A program made the position numbers and the translations under genes. DNA of 64,000 nt from Massalongia carnosa (Eukaryota), in assembly GCA_965645245.1 (NCBI GenBank), contig OZ287070.1:1-64000 (forward strand), written 5' to 3'. Numbering within the stretch: position 1 is the first letter of the stretch; the number at the start of each line of letters is the position of its first letter. The notes below the pieces were generated by a model, which saw only the letters and a program-made list of their open reading frames with translations, made no database searches and was not told the origin of the DNA. Shown in pieces: positions 11,418-24,239 of the stretch.

Positions 11418-12326
11418 GGTGCATCCTGCTCTGCATAGAACATCTCGTTCCCATGCTCATCATACCCAGCGAAATTTACCGGCATGTCCTCTGGCTCGAC
11501 TGAGGATGTTCCGGGGCTCTCCTGCAGATCTTCGTCGTCTTCAACTGAAGCCTGATACGCCCTCCTATAGCCACCTTGATTTTGTTTGTTTCCTCCTCTT
11601 TGATTGCGGTAGTTTGACCTTGGATATCCCTGTGCAGGACGGTCTGGTTTTGATGAGGAAGCTGATGCGTTTGACGCGTTGGGTGTAGCCGTTATGGCGA
11701 GAGGGGTTCGACCGGTGACTTGTAAGGCAGGACCTTGCTGGAACTGCTGTTGATTGTTAGGACCATTCCATTGTTTGTAGGAGGGACTATTCTGCCAGTT
11801 GGCGGATCGGGGCTGGTAGTTCCAACTTTCTGATGAACTACTAAAGAAAGGCCTTTGTTGACCGATGTTGAACTTACTAGCTGACTTGTTGATTCGGTCG
11901 TTAGGCCTGATGTCGTAAGTACGATCAGGTTTGGAGAATCCAGGCGTCTTCTGCTGGCGAGAGGCTAGTTGCCACCAGATGTGTTTATGATCATCTAGGG
12001 AGCGAAGGAAAATATCTAGATTAGTGGCTACGTTAGGTAATGGAAGATCTCTCTGGAATTCCACATCCAAGCCGTTGTAGATGAGGAAGATGTGATTAGC
12101 GGTGGAGCCAAGTTCGGCCGATTTAGCTGCACGAAGCATGGTGGCAGCGTACTCTCTGGGCTCTCGATGTTGACGAGCATCTTCCATAGTGTACTTACCT
12201 TTGATTACAGCCGCCATGGCGACGTTGGGTGCCTCTTTGAACCGCTTGTGAAGCTCGATTGTCCAATGATCAACCCCAGGACCATATCTTACCAAAAGCT
12301 TAGCTTCGTCAGATAGCTCGGCTGTG
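11418..12326 (-). pseudogene. Element A gag, middle fragment
   Basis: ORF 11405-12331. It joins in frame to 4762 (EQDAP|EESED) and to 13654 (LQWY|TAEL) once the insertions are removed. Confidence 0.88.
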
Positions 12327-12328
12327 TA

Positions 12329-13653
12329 CAAATCGGGTCTAGGAAGTCAGCAAACACTTCGCTTAATTTCCCCTCATCTAAATTCCCCCCTTACTTCACC
12401 CCCCCCTTTCTACATTAATTTTCATCTGATCAACGAAATGCCTTCTAAACCCAAGACGGCCAGACGTGAACACTCGTCTGAAACCATTGCTATCGTTGTA
12501 GCCCTTCATGAAGTCCACTTATCCTATGCTGAAATAGCCCGTCAAGTTCGGCTGGCCCGTTCCACCGTAGTCACCATAGTTCATAGAGCTAAGAGACAAG
12601 CCAACGCCTCTTCCGTTCCCAAAAAACGTACTGGTCGGCCAACCAAGCTAAATGTCCGTGCCAGACGGGCATTGATTCGCCATGTTGAGAAAAATCCACA
12701 CGATAATTTGCTGGCCCTGACTACCCCTTCCAAATCGGGTCAAAAGCTCTCTCGCGTCACCTTACGAAAATATCTGAAGCTCGGTGGCTATTTCCGTTTC
12801 AGGGCTAGAAAAAAGCCGTTTCTATCAGCACGTCACAAAGCAATCAGGCTAAAATGGGGCAAGGAGCATAAGCATTGGATGGTAGAAGATTGGGGCCGAG
12901 TTATATGGACAGATGAAGCTACGTTTGAAACTGGTTTAGACACTCGCTCGTGCTACGTCACGAGACGAAAAGGCACGGCCATGGAGTCTAGATATCTGAA
13001 GCCTACATTCAAAAGCGGACGAAGCACTGTGGGTATCTGGGCTAGCATACGATTGGGTGAAAAAGGCCCTATGCTCGTTTTGAATAAGGGGAGACGAATG
13101 AATTCAGATATCTACATTGACGAGGTGCTACGGCCTTTAGGGCTCTCGTTTTATGAAGCATGCTTGACTAGGCGAGGTTTGACGATCTGGATGGATGACG
13201 GAGCCAGCTATCATACTTCGAAAAAGGTGATTGATTGGGGAAGACGAAACGGGCTTTTACGCATGGATTGGCCAACTCAGTCACCCGATTTGAATCCCAT
13301 TGAGAATCTCTGGCGTATTATCAAAATACGGGTCAGTGCCCGTCGTCACCAAATCCATACAATTGAGGCCATGGAGCAGGCTATTCGGGAGGAATGGGAG
13401 CTGTTGACTGAGGAGGACTTCAGACGGTGCATTGAGAGCATGCCTGAGCGTATTCGCTTTCTTATTAAGGCTAAAGGGGGTTCTATTAAATACTGATAAC
13501 TTAATCTTCTTCAGCATACAGTATTTGACGAAATATGTAGGTTTCAAAGCATCAATTTGGAAATTGATTGATTGGGGTGATTTTCATCATTAGGGGTGAG
13601 GGGTAAAATGGGGGTGGAACGTGCGCTGTTCGGTCACTTCCTAGACCCGACTG
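12329..13653 (+). mobile_element. Tc1/mariner DNA transposon inserted in element A gag
   Basis: Imperfect TIRs CA(AA/G)TCGGGTCTAGGAAGT; TA at 12327-12328 and 13654-13655; excision restores the gag codons W-Y-T. Confidence 0.95.
12438..13496 (+). CDS. Tc1-family DD34E transposase, intact (352 aa from the ATG at 12438)
   Basis: N-terminal HTH with GRP motif, WTDEATF, MDDGASYH and SPDLNPIENLW; 34 residues lie between the second D and the E. Confidence 0.96.
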   Translation: MPSKPKTARREHSSETIAIVVALHEVHLSYAEIARQVRLARSTVVTIVHRAKRQANASSVPKKRTGRPTKLNVRARRALIRHVEKNPHDNLLALTTPSKSGQKLSRVTLRKYLKLGGYFRFRARKKPFLSARHKAIRLKWGKEHKHWMVEDWGRVIWTDEATFETGLDTRSCYVTRRKGTAMESRYLKPTFKSGRSTVGIWASIRLGEKGPMLVLNKGRRMNSDIYIDEVLRPLGLSFYEACLTRRGLTIWMDDGASYHTSKKVIDWGRRNGLLRMDWPTQSPDLNPIENLWRIIKIRVSARRHQIHTIEAMEQAIREEWELLTEEDFRRCIESMPERIRFLIKAKGGSIKY

Positions 13654-14564
13654 TACCATTGTAGAGCTACGCCTCTAAGGCATGTGAACAGGTTTTCTCT
13701 GATCAACTGGTCACCCTTGATGGCGGAAAAATCTTTTACCCTTTCTATGAATAGATGAACATCTCTAAAGTATGTGTCTTTTCCAACATGCTCAATGGAA
13801 CTTCCAGTATTGGAAGACTTATCATCGTACATGGGGTCAAAGAAACCTACGTCTGCTGCATTCCACCTTGGTTGCCCTGGTGCAGGTCCATCGACCTCTG
13901 GCTGGGGGCATTGGGGACCAGGTGGACCAGGCGGTCCACGCACTGGTGGGGTTTGCCGGTAGTAATCTGCTACGGCAGCGGCTATCATAGCTTGGAGGGC
14001 AGCGTTATCCATAACGGCGGGCTGATTGATATGACTTCTGGAACTTTCTGGTCTTCCGAACTCCACGTCGGCCGAGGTCTGTCTTGTGTTTGGGGCAGTG
14101 AGAAGACCAAGTAGATGATCTCGGATTTCCGGGGTAGGTTCCTCCACTGGTGTATTGGCTCTGACCGGGGTGCCACCTACGGAAGGAGAAAGGTCAAGGT
14201 CGAGGTAGTGTAGCAACTGAGGTGTCTCTCGGAAACTCCTTGCTCTGTCAGAAAAGTTTAGAACTACCATTCGAAGGGCCGCAGAGTCTGACTTCCAACG
14301 AAATGGGTAGTTAGCGGGGACCTGAGATCTAGCACGACTTGATCGGAGGGCAAGGCCTGATGATGAATCCTCCGGAATTCTGTAGCTGTGGACTATATAC
14401 TGAATAGTTCGTTCAATGGGAAGGATGTCCGAGCTAAAGCCGTATTCCTTACGGTAATGAAAGAATTGATAGGCTAACAGAATAAGATCTTCTGAAAGAG
14501 GTGGAGGTGAACCTTTTGGAAGGGAAACAGAGGAGAATTTGGAAGCCAGGTTGGGCCTCGCCAC
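13654..14564 (-). pseudogene. Element A gag, 5' fragment
   Basis: ORF 13641-14564 with a Pro-rich linker and WNAADVGFFDP; contiguous with the middle fragment across the Tc1 insertion. Confidence 0.8.
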
Positions 14565-14683
14565 GGTGAATTCAACCGAGGGGAGCTTTGGCAGGAAGAC
14601 TGATTGAAGTGCTACTTCTGGTGGAGGACTCCTCCTGGTGATCTATACAGTAATCAATGGTACTGCGAGACAGTGCTACCATT

Positions 14684-14885
14684 TGTAAAGGTAATCATCA
14701 TAATAAGGGTGTGTAAAAGGATGTCTATTGAGATGTGCGAGCAAGCTCGTCTATACAGCTAATCTAGACGAGTCCCAATCTGGACCTGCTCCTATCATGG
14801 AAGGACCAAAGAGTTAAGCCGGGCTTATCCTGGAGATAAGCAAGTGTTAGAGTACGAAAGCATGCTATATTATATTATCGTGACA
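14684..14885 (-). repeat. Probable 5' LTR of element A
   Basis: TG...CA bounded 202-bp segment, followed on the minus strand by TGGTAGCA, which resembles a tRNA-iMet PBS. No partner LTR survives to confirm it. Confidence 0.6.
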
Positions 14886-15016
14886 GTTTTCCTCCTTGCT
14901 ATCATACAAGGAAGGTGGTTTTCCACCGCCTGCCATACACATCATACCACCCACTTAACGTGTCGTTACTATCCACCACACGCTCGGCGGAGCTCGCGTC
15001 CTAGAGGAGAGGCAAT

Positions 15017-15950
15017 TGTAATACGGATGGCGCTAGAGGGATACGTGATAGCCTAGGGCGGTTGCGGGATAAACTAGCGTGAGCCAAGCCGTAGTATGAA
15101 GTCGCATAGCCGCCGAGGTTGCCACATCGCCACCTTGACACAACGCTATCTTACCACAACGCCACCTTGCCACACAACTTTGGATTAGTTGTTACTACGT
15201 TCTAGACTGCTTACAGATCAAACACCTATCGAGGCCGCGGTGGTAGATTGCCATAGAGTGTAAGGCGAACTCCTGTGGACACTAGCCGTGAACTCTATAT
15301 GGAATCTACTGGCCTACTCGGAGCTACTCGATCTCTTGATGGATCAAGAGTTGTAGCAGGAGGCATGGCTAGCTGGAGGCAGTTTGAGCTCGCCCTCCCC
15401 GGTGTATACTTCAGCTTCCACCTTTATTGCTACGCTGGTAGTGATGCCGGCTGAATGAACCTACATGGCCTTGTAGTCTAGACCCTGTGTCTAGAGGCAG
15501 GTCCGCAGTGTAGAGAGAGATTCAGTCGGAGGTAACCTTCCACCGCTACGTTGGTAGTGGTGACGGCGAAATGAAGCTACATAGCCTCGGCGTCTACACT
15601 TTATGTTTAGAGGCGAGCTAGCAACGTGGCGAGGGATCTAGCCGGAGGTAGAACTGTTCTACCTTGCAAGGGAAGATCTAGAAGGCCGCTCGAGGCTTAC
15701 TGGATGATCCAGCGAACGTCGAGTTCGTGGATAGATCTGAGGGATGGTTGGATGTAAGGCGATAAGGTCAGAAGTGGGTTGCACGGCTCCTAAGGTTCTA
15801 AGGCTCCCAAGGCTATAGGCTTAAGGTGAGTAGGATAAATACCAGAACGAATCCTGTTGTATTCGTTAGCAATTAGTCTTTATTCTATGAACAACGTACG
15901 TTTGGGTCTCGGCCGAGATCTCTTGGTCTAAGCACTAACCGTCTGCATCC
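15017..15950 (+). repeat. Repeat family C, copy 1: LTR-like TGTAA...TTACA (15017-15215) plus ~0.7 kb internal sequence
   Basis: Similar to 17117-18010 and 30811-31189; preceded by the purine tract GAGGAGAGGCAAT. Confidence 0.8.
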
Positions 15951-16599
15951 AATGATGAATACGATCGTGTTCTATCAAGTCGACGATATATAGTTACTTT
16001 GATCGCATCGCGCAGCTGGCTCAGCTTTACTTTCACGAGGAAGTACGAAGATAGAAGAGTTCGGAACGAAGTTTTTCGCTCTCAAAGAACATCAATGTCA
16101 CTTGATGCTTCCCTCGGGACCCGAGGGAAGCATCAACATTTAAGTTGAAAATTTAAAGGTAAACTTTATTGGAATCGGCAATTACTTAGTCGTTTTTTGT
16201 TCGATTATTAAAATTTCTTTCAGATTTGGATTCTGCGTAAAATTCTGCATATCATAAACATGATTAATAATTATTTTAAACACCGTATCAGAATTCGGTT
16301 AATTTTATAGGAGGTTCGCTTATTTAAAACTTCTTCGATTAATCTCGCGTGCAGGAGAGGTCTCTTTTAAGCGAGTTACACATTTGCTTAATTTTTTTGG
16401 TGGCAGGAGACCTTCAAATCAAGAACCATGTATACAGAATAATGCTCCATCTAATGGGATTAGATCCGTCGGGGGGAGGCCAAGCCGAGGAGAGTGAGGG
16501 GGGGGATGATCCAAGTGAAACGGAAGAAATTCCTTCACCCCTCATCGAACCTCGAAGATCTGGGCAACTAAGAGTTCCTAGTCAAAAGTCACTGGAGAA

Positions 16600-16890
16600 T
16601 TCCCGTCCCAGCATAAATATATTAAGGTCAAACCATTTGCCAGAATCCCATAATCGTATGGTACGAGTGCTAATCACCCTGGCAAGAGGCGAGGATACAG
16701 AAGGCCTCAATGAACCTCTAACACTGAAAGAGTCAATATCCTCACCCTACTGGGAACAATGGAAAAAGGCCATGGAGGCCGAATACCAATCCCTAGTGGA
16801 GAATAAACATGGACACTAGAAAAAGGCACCAACAGATCGAAAGGTGATCACCGGTCGCTGAGTGTTCAAAATAAAGAAATATAAAAATCA
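16600..16890 (+). pseudogene. Ty1/Copia RT N-terminal fragment
   Basis: EPLTLKESISSPYWEQWKKAMEAEYQSLVENK, then a frameshifted TWTL...VITGR*VFKIK. Confidence 0.8.
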
Positions 16891-17116
16891 AGTTTATCTT
16901 GACCAAAGGAATGATGGCAAGACGGGCTTACGAAGACCCTGGCCGCTTAACCCTTTGAGGACTTTAAAAACATACTTGGCATGAACTAAGCCCAAAGAGG
17001 AAACAAATTTCCTGAGTAGCCTCAAAGATGGCTGAATGGGAGTGTTAAATGGTGAGGCTACCATCGGTTAGATTTTTAGGCTACCATCATTATAGGTAAC
17101 CATCGTGAGTCCCACG

Positions 17117-18010
17117 TGTAATACGGATGGCGCTAGAAGGATACGTGGTCGCCTACGGCGGTTGCGGGATTTACTCGCATCAGCCAGGCCGTAGTACTTA
17201 GTCGCACAGCCGTCGAGATTGACACGACGCCACCTTGCTACACAACTCCGAATTAGTTGTTACTACGTACTAGACTGCTTTACAGATCAAACACCTGTCG
17301 AGGCCGTGGTGGTAGATTGCCATGGAGTAAGGCGAACTCCTGTGGAGAAGCCGTGAACTCTATATGGAATCTACTGGCCTACTCGGAGCTACTCGATCTC
17401 TTGATAGATCAAGAGTTGTAGCAGGAGGAACGGCTAGCTGGAGGCAGTTTGAGCTCGGCCTCCCCGCTGTAAACTTCAGCTTCCACCTTTATTGCTACGT
17501 TGGTAGTGATATCGGCTGAATAAACCTACATGACCTTGTAGTCTAGACCTTGTGTCTAGGGGCAGGTCCGCAGTGTAGATAGAGATTCAGTCGGAGGTAA
17601 CCTTCCATCGCTACGTTGGTAGTGGTGACGGCGAAATGAAGCTACATAGCCTCGGCGTCTAGACTTTATGTTTAGAGGCAGGTTAGCAATGTAGTGAGGG
17701 ATCTAACCGGAGGTAGAAGTGTTCTACCTTGCAAGGGAAGGTCTAGAAGGCTGCTCGAGGCTGACTAGATAATCCAGCGAACGCCGAGTTCGTAGATAGA
17801 TCCTGAGGGATGGTTAGATGTAAGGCGATAAGGTCAGATGTGGGTTACACGGCTCCTAATGTTCCATGGCTCCCAAGGCTATAGGCTTGGGATGAGTAGA
17901 CTAAATACCAGAACGAATCCTGTTGTATTCGTTAGCAATTAGTCTTTATTCTCTGAATAACCTACGTTTGGGTCTCGGACGAGATCTCTTGGTTTGAGCA
18001 CTTCCACATC
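17117..18010 (+). repeat. Repeat family C, copy 2
   Basis: Colinear with 15017-15950, with many transition differences. Confidence 0.8.
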
Positions 18011-19866
18011 CATTAGTTCTTTGGATTACGTATACTCTCGGAGACCAGCACGTAGTAGCTATCTTCCACCTCTCACGCTGAGTATTTTCCCTTTCGAGAT
18101 CAGTGTCGCTCGTGATTAGCTTACTGGTCTCGTAGCCCAATACACACGGGTGCCTGCCAGGCATCTATAAGAGGTGCCTAACTGGCAGATATGGAGGTGC
18201 CTAACAGGCAGCTATGGGAGGCCTACAGCATTACTGTTATGTGATTGCTATAAAAGCAGGTAGATAGCCGACATAGATAATTACCTTTAATAATAATCAT
18301 GCTTTTATACCTACACGTGAACTTTACTATTCATCAGTCTAGACCTTCATCGGAAAATCGGGAGATGACTAATAGATCTTGGTGATTAAATATTTGACTT
18401 TTTGGTTTCATTAGTCTTTATTCGACAACCTTTAGTCAGTTGCCTTTATCTATTTTACGTCTTGTCGTCATATTAGTCAGTGCAACCTGCATCTCAACAA
18501 ATAATCGTCGCTCTGTCTTTACTTCTCGTCTCGATAAGCTTTATTATTATCTGTATCTTTAACAATTCAGTCGTATATTATCCACTCTATCCTATATTTA
18601 CGTTCTTTTTATCCGTCGCAGAGAAATTTTAGTTGTTCAGTTTCCTCTCTTTACATGTCGCATCATCATACATTGACTTCGTTGCAGCTTTTGTATCTTG
18701 CGTATAACATATCTTTATAATGCGCAACCCACCTTGCATGTCTCATCGAAGATATTATTATGTACATTCAGTTCTCGAAGCTTAACAGCTTACTACATCA
18801 TTACGTGGTTATGATTCTCATTGTTCTTTGAATTGATGATTATCTGTTACTTGATGACGAGAAAGCCTGCTTAATGCCTACAGAGAACAAATCTTAGGAG
18901 ACCAACTACTACCGCGACGACATATTAAGCTTATCTGTTCTGGAACAACAGTCCTTCTTAGACTGAAGCACTTCCTTATCCTATTTAAAAGCGCATGCGT
19001 TTAGGAAACGAATTCTCTTTAATCCTAATATAACAAAATAGGGTAGGTATGACGAAGCGAGACAGTAAATAGATTTCTACCATTGCGCCACCTATCCTCC
19101 CGACCAAAAGACACAATACTTAATCCGTAGACCAAGCTCAACTCTACTATAACTGGGACTCCTGCTATGTTCGCTGTAGGTCCTGCCGTCTAGGCCACGC
19201 ATGGTCGAACCGTTACATTACGTTATAATGCCAAACATAAATTAAAAACCCAATCCATCGAGTCTAAAGGATTCAAGAGCATATGAAGGTCTAGATATAT
19301 AGGACGTGCGATGGGGGGGCGCTCTCGGTCTCAACAGAAATAGACTCGGTTGGTTATATTAACCTGACAAATAGAGTCCACTACTTGATTTGTTCATCGG
19401 GATATAGATTACACATGCCACAGCGTCCTTCGTATTGATGGTAATCAAAGATAATATGGATGATCGTATCGATAGTGGACAAGAGGTGGTTTGGATTATA
19501 CTCAAAAGATGGTATGAACGGTGGTCTGGATGGTAGTCAAAAGGTAATCTGCTTGGTGATCTGGATTGTAGATAAATGGTCGAGGAAAGATGGTCTAGAT
19601 AATGTTCAGAAGGTGGTCTAAGAGGTGAAAATTTAGTTCACGAAGAATATGGCGAAGGGCCGTTACGGAGCGTCGATGAGCGGGTCTGGGGCAGGAATTA
19701 GGCTTTTCGGGAGTGCTTACTATATTCAGTACTATCATCTCCGCAAAGAACACTGTTGTCCTCTGCTATATCCGCCGTTTTCAACGCTTCAGGTCTGAAG
19801 TGCCACGGACTCGTTGCCGCTTCCATGATACCTGGTAACTATTGTTACAGGTTAACGGATACTATT

Positions 19867-20665
19867 ATACTACCCCTGAACAATCCTGAAAACATGGGAT
19901 TTTGCAAGGGCGGTACGGGGGTATGTGCTAGGGTGAAAACGGGCGTGGATACAGGCTTGTCGCCAATCAGTCAGTCGAGTCTTCTGGATATTTGGGGAGG
20001 GAAAAATCACTAAGGGATTCGCTGTAGGGCTGTACAGTAAAAAATATTTACATGTCCTGATTGGCTCAAAGCCCTGGTTTTCACCCAAGTACTGTCAAGT
20101 CATTTGTAATAGCGCGGCAATACAAGACTGCGCTAGCTCCTGGGATGACTCACCCAAGAAGACCGGGTGACTGATAATCCGGATGCTTAGTCATGATAAG
20201 GCGGATAGCAATACTAAACCATCAGCAATCAGCCTTACCAGTTTGTTAGGCAGCAACTGAAGCTATTCAGATAAGCCTCGATCTCATGGGAGGCCTGGGA
20301 CGCCTAGGAGACCTCAGCTGAAGGCAACAAGGCTATCTGCTAGACCTTAGTTGAAGGCAACAAGGTTATCTGCTAGACCTCAGCTGAAGGCAGCAAGGCT
20401 ATCTACTAGACCTCAGCTGAAGGCAACAAGGCAGACAGGTAATCAGACAAGTAGTTAGTAAATAGGACCCAAGGGGTATATAGAAAGCTCGATTCCCATC
20501 TTCAGGGAATCATCTTTTAGCTTTAGCACCTACCAATCTATTAGCACTCACACTGAGCATTATAACCCATTAGTACTAGTATCTACTGTCCTTCTTATAT
20601 CATTACTCCCGTCCTCCCCTTGCAAAAAATTCATGTTTTCAAGATTGTTCAGGGAGGGATAGTAT
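19867..20665. mobile_element. MITE-like non-autonomous TIR element
   Basis: ~55-bp imperfect inverted repeats (CCCTGAACAATC..TGAAAACATG..TTTTGCAAGGG) at ~19867-19925 and ~20601-20665, with TA at the ends. Confidence 0.65.
20105..20566. repeat. Probable solo LTR carrying a 33-bp tandem repeat (about 3.7 copies, 20309-20432)
   Basis: Starts TGTAA; has a TATA-like GGTATATAG; flanks TCATT and CCATT look like a mutated 5-bp TSD; unit AGACCTCAGCTGAAGGCAACAAGGCTATCTGCT. Confidence 0.5.
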
Positions 20666-22997
20666 GTGAGGTTTGACATACTGAACCTTTTACAGAAATG
20701 ATCTACGGTAAGCTAACATCAACTAACCCTAATCTAACAGCTAACAAGATTTTATTGATCTAACAGGGTTTTCTTGATCTAACAGGGGCTGTTTTAATCT
20801 AACAGGAACCGTTAGCATATCATAACGAAGTCAACGATCCTAACACGCTAGATTTGGTTGCAATGGCAAACTTGGTCATTTTTCGTTTCGCGTCGATCTC
20901 TTCTACTTCTCTCGTTTCCTAAATCTACATGTATTGCATATTCCTTTTGCTTCTCTTTTTCAATATATCAATATCAAAGGCAACCACTATCCATAACCCA
21001 CAAACAATCACAATAGTACGAACCTCCTCAGGATGTACAGAAACCAACCCGTATCGTGACTTTGCTTTTCCTTCGAGAACTCTCAGGATTTTGATAATTC
21101 GCCTTCCAAGGAATACTTGCCTACATTGATATAACTAAAATGCTCTCGTGCACAATTTGATGGAAATAACACCTACGGAGACAACAAACGCTCACATCGC
21201 GTGTCTTGTGTGGACGAGTTGGCTGAATCAAGTACTGGCAACGACCCAAGCGATGCGAGTTTCCAGCCGAGTGTAAATAGTACAGTCATGAATGCATGTA
21301 TCGGGTTCCGACTTAGAACAGAAAACGCCGATAACTAAGTATGTGGCGAGGAAATTACGGGCCGGCGCAGGCCGCGGTATTCAATACAGCACAAGTTCTC
21401 TATCTCGAAGGAGCTCCTTACGAAGGGAAACGTTCCCCTCGTCTCCACCGAGAAACTCTTCCCGCTCGCTAGATAATATCTTGTCGCCTTCACAAATACG
21501 CACTCGTCGGGGTTTGCCTGCGACACTCTCCTCCCAAACTCTCGATCTTAAAGATCCTCCCGATTAAGTCTACTTCCGGTATAGGGGGGTTGGAGCGGTA
21601 TTACTCTAAATTCAAATTGCTAGCGGTTCGGAGTTGGTTCGTTTCGGATGATACTCGGTAAAGGTAGCGGGGAAGTCAGGTGACAGTCTTTCTTTTAGTT
21701 TAGTAATAGATAGTTCTTTTCCTTTTAGAGCAAGCATGCTCGTAGCAATAGCTACAACATATAGCATCAACACATACAGTTCACAGGCACGAGGCATCAG
21801 GCACGAGGCGCGAGACTTACAGTGATCAGTCTAGCTATTGATCTTATTCTATTGTTCTGTTCTTCTCTTGTTTGTTTATTCTCTTGCACTCCTAGCAGTA
21901 GTGGACCACGCATACTACCCAGTTCATCCTTCCATACCGGCGCAAGGGCTGGCATAAGGAATACGAGATAGTCTCCGAAATAAATAAAAATAGATACTTA
22001 TCGTTTACTCTGGGGCGACATATCAAGGCGAACCAAGTTCAACTCTAGCCCTGCTCATCAACTAATACTACGTGCCATGATTCTTTTTTTCAACGCTCTG
22101 ATAACGTCCGAAGACGCGGTTGAATTATGTTCGCCTTGGGTGAACACACAGAAGCCTCGATTGAGCAAATTTATGAGTCATACTTGGCAGAACCTTGCGA
22201 AGCCTCTCGGTGACCTTCCTGGCAACCGGAACGTCGACGTAGCAGAGCTTCCAACCGCCGAAGAGGCTCGCAGGGTAGGTGAGGTCTTGCTTACCACGGA
22301 TTTGTATATATAAAGACTAGATTTATGATTCGACAACAGATTTTCGCTATCAAATGTTGAGCGAAGTGAGATTGCTTGTAGCTAACGAATACCCGTTCTC
22401 AGTTCAGAGGGACTGTCGAATATTCGTGTCCACTTTGCTAGACGATCTTCATATTCGGTGCGAAGATTTATCAACGGTTAATATGTCCTAGTTGTCTTGA
22501 TATAAAGTTTAACTATAGTCATATGGAAAGCAGTTGGTCTGCGTTACGCGGTTGGTATCTACTGCCGAGAGTATAGTACGAGCGATCGAGATATACGAGG
22601 ATGCTCGTACGATTAGTGAGCGGATGGTACGATACAGTCAGCACAGTGTCCACGATGCAGTCAGCAGAGTGTTTAGCCGGCTTATCCGGTAGGAGTAATG
22701 GGCGGTCAAGATAGTTACAGTATCAAGGGCCCAGAGGGTCAAGGGCTTCGGTCCGGGTATATAAGGAGGCTGCTCGAGGGAGATGCAATCTTCAACGATT
22801 AGTCTTCCGCTTTACCTACATACTTCTTTTAGTATATTAGTATAGCAAATCATTAGTGTCTTCACATTGTCACATATCCCTAGGCCTGGTGTCTGATAAT
22901 CGCCAGGTCTGACTCTTACAATTCCAATCGTTCTATCCTTCAAGGAGTGACGATCCGTTGACACATTTATACACCTTCTATACACTATCGTCCCGCC

Positions 22998-24239
22998 ATG
23001 TCCGCGCAAGAAGTTGCCTCTGATACCATGATGCCGGAGGAGCGGATCGAAGAACTTTCGGATTCTGAGGGCCCTGGAAGAGGAGCCCTGACCCCAATGG
23101 AAAAAGTAGTCGAACCCATTCAACCCCTGACGTTGGACGAACAGATAGCGCAAGCTGAGCGCAGGCGTAGCGAACTTAAGAAGGAAGTACGTCTGAGGAA
23201 TTTGAAAGCCAGTATTGAGCAACTGCAAGAACAAACTCAAAAGCCTTCGAAACCTCCAAACCCTACCGGATCATCCAAGGAACCGGTAATGAGAGGAGCC
23301 ATTAACCCTCGTTCTGACGACGATGTAGAGATGACGAGTAGCCAGTCAGTACCTGTAGTTGTTTACAGGAGACGCGCTGCTAGACCCGAGAAAGTCAGTC
23401 CCTATCATGGAAAAACGGTCAAGGAACATCTGGATTATGAGCGGAACTGCAGAGTGGCGTTTCGCGTGGCAAAAGAGGACTTCCCAGATGATGAATCCAA
23501 GATCGCTTTCGCAATGCAATCGCTGGAAGGGGAGCCTAAGGAAGCTTGGCATCGATATGAGGCAGACGGTGAAATGCAAAATTATACCTTCGAAGAGTAC
23601 TTGAAATTCTTGTTAAATATTGTCGAGGACCCAGTTAATCGTGGTCTGCATATGGCCCAATTATTTGCCGAAGCCAAGCAAGGAGAGAAGCAAACGGTAA
23701 GAGCTTTCGAGGCGCACTTGAGTAGCCTCGAGGACCAGTTGCCCTCCTATACCGAAGAACAAAGAGCGACTCATCTGTTTACTAAGTTGCGGCCGTCTAT
23801 TAGAGCAGCTATAGGCAACTATCAGAATATTCCAAGGACTAGAGAAGCTCTGGTGACTCTGGCCAGTAGGCTGGAAAATAATCAGAAATGAGAAAACGAT
23901 GTCTTAACGACGTCGAAGCATGAGCGTCCAAATGGTTCTCACCCCCCTCGCACTAAATCACATAGAGATAAGAGGAACGAGGAGATAAAGGACACTGACA
24001 AACCAAAACCTACGAAAGACGGTAAAAGGGGTCAAAAAGAAAGCATGCTGAGACAAAGGAAAGTACCGACGAGGTGACATGTTATCGCTGCGGAGAACAG
24101 GGTCACTACGCCAACAAGTGTCCCAACCCTCCTAAAGACGACAAGGAGCGCGAAGCACGGTGTGAACGCCGTCGCAAAGTCGGGAAAAGCCAAACCTCCA
24201 CGAAAAGCTCGCCAGCCGATGGAGGGAAAAGATCAGTAG
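22998..24239 (+). pseudogene. gag: Element D gag with a premature TGA at 23889 and indels around the zinc knuckle
   Basis: 297-aa retrotransposon gag ORF; CYRCGEQGHYANKC occurs downstream in a shifted frame. Confidence 0.85.

Larger units (their letters stand above)
172..14885 (-). mobile_element. Ty3/Gypsy chromovirus A: degenerate, 3' end cut by the telomere, interrupted by element B and a Tc1 transposon
   Basis: Order on the minus strand is LTR-like segment, PBS, gag, protease, RT (YIDD), RNase H, integrase, chromodomain. Removing the two insertions restores the reading frame across both. Confidence 0.9.

Noticed and set aside
20309..20432. 33-bp repeats as a CRISPR array
   Set aside because: The units are contiguous with no unique spacers, and the context is eukaryotic and LTR-like.
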